A stretch of 56,410 bases of DNA from positions 489,399 to 545,808 of the forward strand of contig NW_005434621.1 of the NCBI RefSeq assembly GCF_000315625.1. The letters are read 5' to 3'. The position numbers and the translations under genes were made by a program. This document shows, one piece after another, positions 48,772-56,410 of the stretch (position 1 is its first letter; each line of letters opens with the position of its first letter). This DNA comes from Guillardia theta CCMP2712 (taxonomy: Eukaryota > Protista > Cryptophyta). The notes under the pieces are model-generated. The model was not told the origin of the DNA. It searched no databases and saw nothing but the letters and a program-made list of their open reading frames with translations.

Positions 48772-49532
48772 GGTCAACCATGGAGAGCCATGAAGATGAA
48801 TGAGCAAACGAACGCCATGCTCACTATCCCTATCAACTTGAGACTCGCCATGCCCAGCACGTCCCCTGCTGCCGTCACGCCCGCGCACACGGCGTAACAT
48901 GCTACATGCCAGGCGACCTGACAAGATACTCATAAGAAGAAATGAGAGGAGGGAGGAGGGAGGAGGGAGGAGGGAGGAGGGAGGAGGGAAGAGGGAGGAG
49001 GCAAGAGGGAGGAGGCAGGAGGGGAAGGAAGAAGAAGAAGAAGGACCTGGAGGAGCCCTTGTCTGTCGGAGGTTTGCTTCACGAGCTCAGTGATCTTCGT
49101 TCTGCTGCAAAGTCAAGAGGATTCTCAACAGGAGAAGAGCAGCTCAACCTGGGAACCAGCTTGTCGAGAGTCTGGAGAGGAGCAGCGAACAACCCCAAGA
49201 GCGGCAAGGAAACACAATCATCAGGGGCTAGCGATGAAGGGGCAGAGGTAGGAGGGAAGGGAAGGGGAGGAAGGGGAGAGGAGAGAGAGGTGCAGCATCG
49301 TCATCACCTCGATGGAGTCGATGGGATTTGCATCTCCCTTGTCAAACTGAGATGAATCCAACGAGACTGACATCCTGGGGATACACCCCCGTCGGGCAGA
49401 ACACATGCCTCCCCTCCATCGAGCAAGGTGAGTTGAGGGGAGCTTCCTCGTGGGGGTGGGAGAGTAGATGGGAGTGAAGCCGTGGCATGAGAGGGCGAGG
49501 AAAGAGACGAGAAAGGGTCTTGCCAGGACCAT
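45771..49532 (-). CDS. Membrane fatty-acid-desaturase-superfamily protein (MocD/rhizopine-oxygenase-like), multi-exon, probable bipartite plastid presequence
   Basis: His boxes ALH|ETVHRSAF, YHWAHHKFTG, AEH and WQMPYHFEHH|AWPYVPFHKL. Signal peptide MVLARPFLVSFLALSCHG-F is followed by an R/S/P-rich transit-like stretch. Confidence 0.8.
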
Positions 49533-50077
49533 TCCTATGGATCACTGCAGGGAATTATGTTAGCTCACGAAGAACTCTGTGCTGAAAAGTGTCATGTGCA
49601 TGAGAGCCATACTCTCAACTCTTGTCTTACTGCCTACGCTGACAATACCTGACTGTCTCTTCCTTCATCTCTCCCTTCCTCCTCCTCCTCCTCCTCCTCC
49701 TCCTCCCCCTCTACTCCTCCACCTCTTCCCCTTCCTTCCCCTTCCCTTTGCTCTGAGACTCGGACGCTGCTCTTCAAAAACGAGTCGTTTCGTTTCTTCT
49801 TAAAACATTAGTTTTAATTTGAGTTTCTGAAGAGTCACAAGATCCCGTCGGTTCAATCACACGATGTTTCACTGCGATCCACCACCACCTCGAATTCGAC
49901 TACCCCTACCCCCTCTTATATAATTATATTACCCCTCCATTGATCTGATATTCTTCAACCCCTACCCCCCATTTTAGATGCCAGGAAAAGACACGAAATC
50001 GTAGCTGAAGCTCCGCCCCCGCCCCCTTGTTAAGGATCTGCACATGTCAGGCGAACATGCGGGCAGATGATCGCTGA

Positions 50078-51763
50078 ATGACGCTGCTCCTGTCTGCCAT
50101 GTCCCTTCCTCGACCTTCCATGGCCCATCTGTATGCCCGTCCATTGTTTCCTCCTAGGATCCCTTGCCGATCCTCACAGGGGTGCAGCTCAGAGACAGCA
50201 GCCCCTGTCCGGAGGCGATGCATTCAGTCAAGGTCTTTATCAACAACGGGAGGGAAGGAAAGCTTCGGGGACGCTGTCAAGAAGACGGGGGTACAATCTG
50301 TTCTCTTCTCATGGACCGACCTGTTTGGTGTGATGAGGAGCAAGCTTGTTCCGGTTTCCAAGGCCGACGCCATGAGCAAGTCTGGGGCAGGCTTCGCTGG
50401 GCATGCTGCCCATCTCGACTATCCTCCCTCGAGTGGTGACGTCCTGGCGATTCCTGACCCGAGCTCGCTCATCGTGCTGCCGTGGAACCACAAGATAGCG
50501 TGGGTCGCGTGCGATCTCTTCATGAAGGAGGAGCCGCTGGAACAATGTCCGAGACTGGCGCTAAAGAGATCGATGAAGAGGGTGAAGGAAGAGACGAAAC
50601 TCACCATGAAGACCGGTGTGGAGCTCGAATTTCATCTGCTCTCCCCTGACGACCCGAGGAAGCTTGCGGATGCCTCGGACAGGAGCAAGAAGCCCTGCTA
50701 CTCCATCGAGCCTCTCATGCAGCAGAAAGACTTCATCGTCGACATGCAGCAGTACATGGAGAGTCTCGGGTGGAATCCTTATCAGGCGGATCACGAGGAC
50801 TCGATCGGGCAGTTTGAGATCAACTGGGAGTACGACGATGCCCTGGTAACGGCGGACAGGCACGCTTTCTTCAAGTGGATGGCAAAGGAGGTAGCGAAGA
50901 AGCACGGTATGAGGGTCACCTTCATGCCCAAGCCCTTCACGAACCTAACGGGCAACTCGGCTCACGTGCACATCACGATGCACGAGGAGGACGGGAGCAA
51001 TGCCTTCAAAGCTCGAGGAAGCAACGGAGGTGTCCTGGGGCTCAGTGAGATTGGCCTGCACTTCTGCGGAGGTCTGCTTGAGACGGCTCAAGACATCTGC
51101 TGCTTCACCAACCCTACCATCAACTCCTTCAAGAGAATCAACGCTCCTCCTCCCTCCTCGGGCTCCTCCTGGTCTCCGAGCTCCATCTCCTGGACGGGCA
51201 ACAACCGCACTCACATGATCCGAGTCCCCGACGCTCCCCGGCTCGAAGTTCGACTCCCAGACTCGAGCTCGAACCCCTACCTCATGCCAGCTGCCCTGCT
51301 GCTTGCTGGTCTGTGCTCTTTGTGCTTCTTTGTGGCTCGATGCTGACCCCCTCCCCCTCCCCCCTCCAGGTGCGCGGGGGATGCGACAAAGGATCGACCC
51401 AGGTCACCCAGCATGTCCAACGTGTACGACAATGTGCAAGAGCAGAAGAAGATGCGGCAGCTCCCGTTGAACCTGCTGGATGCACTGAGGTGTTTTGAAT
51501 CGATTTCTGACAAAACTTGATCGTCCTTGGACTCATGACGTTGATTTCGAAGGAACTTGGAACAGAACGAGACTTTGCAATCGGATATGGGAAAGGAACT
51601 TTGCCGAGGGTACATCAAGCTGAGGATGGAGCAGGTGATGCCTTCTCTTCTTCCCTGTCTCGTTCCTCGCTCCTCTTTCCTCGCCATGACGTCTGCTCGT
51701 CAGTGGCAGGAGTACTCGCGCTCCATGACGGCATGGGAGCTTGAAAATACCATGGACGTCTAG
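50078..51763 (+). CDS. glnT: GlnT (rhizobial type III GS) / gamma-glutamylmethylamide synthetase (GmaS)-like enzyme with an N-terminal targeting-like extension
   Basis: TDLFGVMRSKLVP, GAGFAG, IVLPW, KTGVELEF, KPCY, PYQADHEDSIGQFEINWEYDDALVTADRH, TFMPKPF, NPTINSFKRINAP and WTGNNRTHMIRVP. Three introns at the 3' end and an apparent 1-nt slip at ~51408. Confidence 0.85.
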
Positions 51764-52309
51764 ACAGATAGTTTACTCAATGTCAATTTGAAAATAAAAT
51801 TTGGAAATTTTGGGTTTTGATTTAATATTTGAAACCTTGGTATCGTTGTTGAAGGTGTATATTTGAAAATAATGATGAAAATAATGTTGAAATTCTGAGA
51901 GTAATGTTCAAATATTGCAAGAAAAAAATCCAATTTGGTTTCTGACGAATATCCTTTTCCTCCTGTCATCATGGTGATGATGCAATCATGGCGAACCTCC
52001 TCCTCCTCCCCCTGATCCTGCTTCTCCTCTGCTTCTCCTCTGCTGCCTCCTCTGCTGCCTCCTCTGCTGCCTCCTTTGCTTCCTCCTCTGCTTCCTCCTC
52101 TGCTCCCCTTCCTGGCACAATATTCCATATACACCTCGTCGAAACTTCTTGATTCACCACTCTCGCTCTCCTCCTCTCTCGTCTTCAACGAGCACCATAC
52201 TTTCGCTGCTGCTCCTCCCTCCCTCTGCATCCGACTCTCCTCTCTGACTGTGAGTCAGGATGTTGCGGTAACAGCACGCTGGGAGGATCTGCTCTTGTGA
52301 CCTTGGGGG

Positions 52310-53766
52310 ATGGCAAGGCTACGGCCCTTTCCTCCCTCGCATGGCGCGTGGCTGCTTGCTGGAGCATGCATACTCATAGCCGCTACCTGCTCCGGGGTGC
52401 CGCTCGGGAGTGAGGGAGAGGTGGTGCAGCAGTACCACAAGAACCTGGAGCTGCTGCGAACGCACAAGGCGCTGTTTCCATTGGAGGAGGAGGACGGAGA
52501 CATGCTAGACGTCTTCGAGGATCGGATGGACCAGGCGCCGACGCGCAACGACGGGGAGAGGAGGGGAGAGGAGAGCAGCGGCAAGACTTCTATCTGGTGG
52601 GTTAGTGTGAATACCATACTGATGGCGATAGCAAGTGGCTTCGGTGAGACTTCATTTCTGCTATCATCCCCTCCCCTCCTCCTTCCTCCCTCCTCCCCTA
52701 TTCTCCATCCCACTCCTTCCCTCCCCCTCCTCCCTCCTTTCTTACCCGTCCAAGTCTCGTCTTCTTCATCGGCTCTAGAGGTTCACTTCCCTCCAGGCGC
52801 ACTTCCCTTCTTCTTCGTTCGCTCCATCGATCGTCGATGGCTTGGTAATTCACCTTCCCTCCCCTCCCCTCCCCTTCCCTCCCCTTCCCTTCCCTTCCTC
52901 CCTCCCCTCCCCTTCCCTCCCTCCCCTTCTCTCTCCTTCTCTCCCCTCTCCTTGCTCCTCCCCCTCCTCTGCTTCTCCTTGTCCTTTCTTTCCTCTTCTC
53001 CTTCTCTGGCTTCTCATTCTTCTCACCTAAAGGAATCGCCAACGCACTTGCGTCCGGAGTGATGCTGGCAGCAAGGTGACCTCTCCTCCTCCTGTTTCAG
53101 AGATCCTTCCTTTCTTTCTTCCTCGCTCCTCTCTCCTCCTCTTTCAACCTCTCTTCCTACTACTACTGATCCTCTTCCTCTCTCCTCCTCTCCCCTGCTC
53201 CGGCTCATGAGCATGCAGCTTTGGGCTGATCTACGAGGGTCTGGATGGATCGCATGCGGCAAGCAATCTCCCGCGACTGATCGTCGGCCTCCTCCTCGGA
53301 CTAATCTTTATCGTCGCTTCTCAGAAAGGTTTCTACTCCCTCCCTCCCCTCCCTCCCCTCCCTCCCCTCCCTCCCTCCCTTCCTTCCTTTCTCTGTTGCC
53401 CATCATCCTCCTTGCCTGATGAAGCGGCAGCGGTGGACGGGCACGAGATCTCTATGGGTCAACTTCAAGGGATGGACGCGAAGAAAGCGATGATGGTGAG
53501 GAAGAGAAGCGAAGAGGACGAGGAGGATCAAAGGAAGAGGCAACACAGAAGAGGCAGGCAGGCAGGCAAGGAAGGGAGGAAGAACGAAGAGAGAGGAGGA
53601 GGAAACGAGGACAGGGAGGATGAGCGAGGAGGGCATGACAGGGGAGCAGGTGATGGGGATCATGACACTTCATTCCTTCTCGGAGGGTTTGGGGGTTGGC
53701 GTGAGCTACGGGGGGAGTAATGGGAGCCGTCAGGTACTTGCTGATGTATCATCATCACCACCACAT

Positions 53767-53809
<43 letters not shown>

Positions 53810-54029
53810 ACATCATCATCATCATCATTCTCCAATGCTCCCATTTCGTTCCTCTTCATTCTTCCCCTTCTTCTAGCTCCTGATTCGCTCCTCTCTCTCT
53901 TCGTCAGGGTATGGTGACCACGTGGGCGATCGCGCTGCACAACATCCCCGAAGGCCTTGCGGTGAGGGAGCGAGGATGAGCCATGGAAGCAGGAGGAGGA
54001 GGGATTGGCAACCGGGGTTCGCTCAATTT

Positions 54030-54112
<83 letters not shown>

Positions 54113-54375
54113 TTTGACACGTCTGATGCAGGTGGCTCTGGTGGCAATTCCAAGGGGGGAAAGCAAGTGGCGGGCAGCAGCATGGGCAGGTAGGGGGAGA
54201 GAGGGAGGAGGCTGGGGCTCAAGAGGAATGGGAGGGAGGGAGGGAGGAGGACGGGGAAGGGGAGGAGGAGTACTGACAGCATCGTAGTCTTCTCGAGTTT
54301 GCCTCAGCCCATTGTAGCAATTCCGGCTTACATGTTCGTGGAGTGGTTCTCCTTCGTCCTCCCTGTTGGACTTGG
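52310..54375 (+). CDS. ZIP-family (ZupT/GufA-like) metal transporter, 3' end lost in the gap
   Basis: ASGVMLAAS, MTLHSFSEGLGVGVSY, AIALHNIPEGLA and FSSLPQP motifs across short exons. Confidence 0.85.
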
Positions 54376-54394
54376 TACCTCCTCCTCCTCCACC

Positions 54395-55057
54395 NNNNNN
54401 NNNNNNNNNNNNNNNNNNNNNNNNNNNNNNNNNNNNNNNNNNNNNNNNNNNNNNNNNNNNNNNNNNNNNNNNNNNNNNNNNNNNNNNNNNNNNNNNNNNN
54501 NNNNNNNNNNNNNNNNNNNNNNNNNNNNNNNNNNNNNNNNNNNNNNNNNNNNNNNNNNNNNNNNNNNNNNNNNNNNNNNNNNNNNNNNNNNNNNNNNNNN
54601 NNNNNNNNNNNNNNNNNNNNNNNNNNNNNNNNNNNNNNNNNNNNNNNNNNNNNNNNNNNNNNNNNNNNNNNNNNNNNNNNNNNNNNNNNNNNNNNNNNNN
54701 NNNNNNNNNNNNNNNNNNNNNNNNNNNNNNNNNNNNNNNNNNNNNNNNNNNNNNNNNNNNNNNNNNNNNNNNNNNNNNNNNNNNNNNNNNNNNNNNNNNN
54801 NNNNNNNNNNNNNNNNNNNNNNNNNNNNNNNNNNNNNNNNNNNNNNNNNNNNNNNNNNNNNNNNNNNNNNNNNNNNNNNNNNNNNNNNNNNNNNNNNNNN
54901 NNNNNNNNNNNNNNNNNNNNNNNNNNNNNNNNNNNNNNNNNNNNNNNNNNNNNNNNNNNNNNNNNNNNNNNNNNNNNNNNNNNNNNNNNNNNNNNNNNNN
55001 NNNNNNNNNNNNNNNNNNNNNNNNNNNNNNNNNNNNNNNNNNNNNNNNNNNNNNNNN
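54395..55057. other. Assembly gap (663 N)
   Basis: Run of N. Confidence 1.

Positions 55058-56410
<1,353 letters not shown>

Noticed and set aside
51760-52230. 156 aa minus-strand ORF
   Set aside because: It is made of a 12 bp repeat and the AT-rich 3' flank of the synthetase gene, with no recognisable motif.

Overview
Eukaryotic nuclear DNA, GC-rich and gene-dense, with many short introns (often 41-60 bp), many filled with microsatellites. The style suggests a cryptophyte alga of the Guillardia/Hanusia type (inference only). In order the window holds: (1) a rearranged, decayed CRE-like non-LTR retrotransposon nest (RT plus restriction-like endonuclease) whose pieces are bounded by a recurring 45-52 bp motif and a ~240 bp inverted repeat; (2) a ~2,740 aa tandem two-module cyclic-nucleotide/ankyrin 6TM channel with non-GYG pore loops; (3) a 26 bp minisatellite and decayed AT-rich ORFs; (4) a DNAAF1/ODA7-like LRR gene; (5) a seven-PAS protein with an unrecognised thrice-repeated Trp-rich module; (6) RNI-type LRR, GET1-like, DUF4795-like and SAP+LRR genes; (7) a GrxS16-like glutaredoxin fused to a rhodanese; (8) a run of bacterial-type metabolic genes (MetX-like hydrolase, MocD-like desaturase, GlnT/GmaS-like synthetase) and a ZIP transporter; (9) an assembly gap and a partial START-domain gene. 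Gene models were spliced by eye and family calls come from motif recognition, not database searches.
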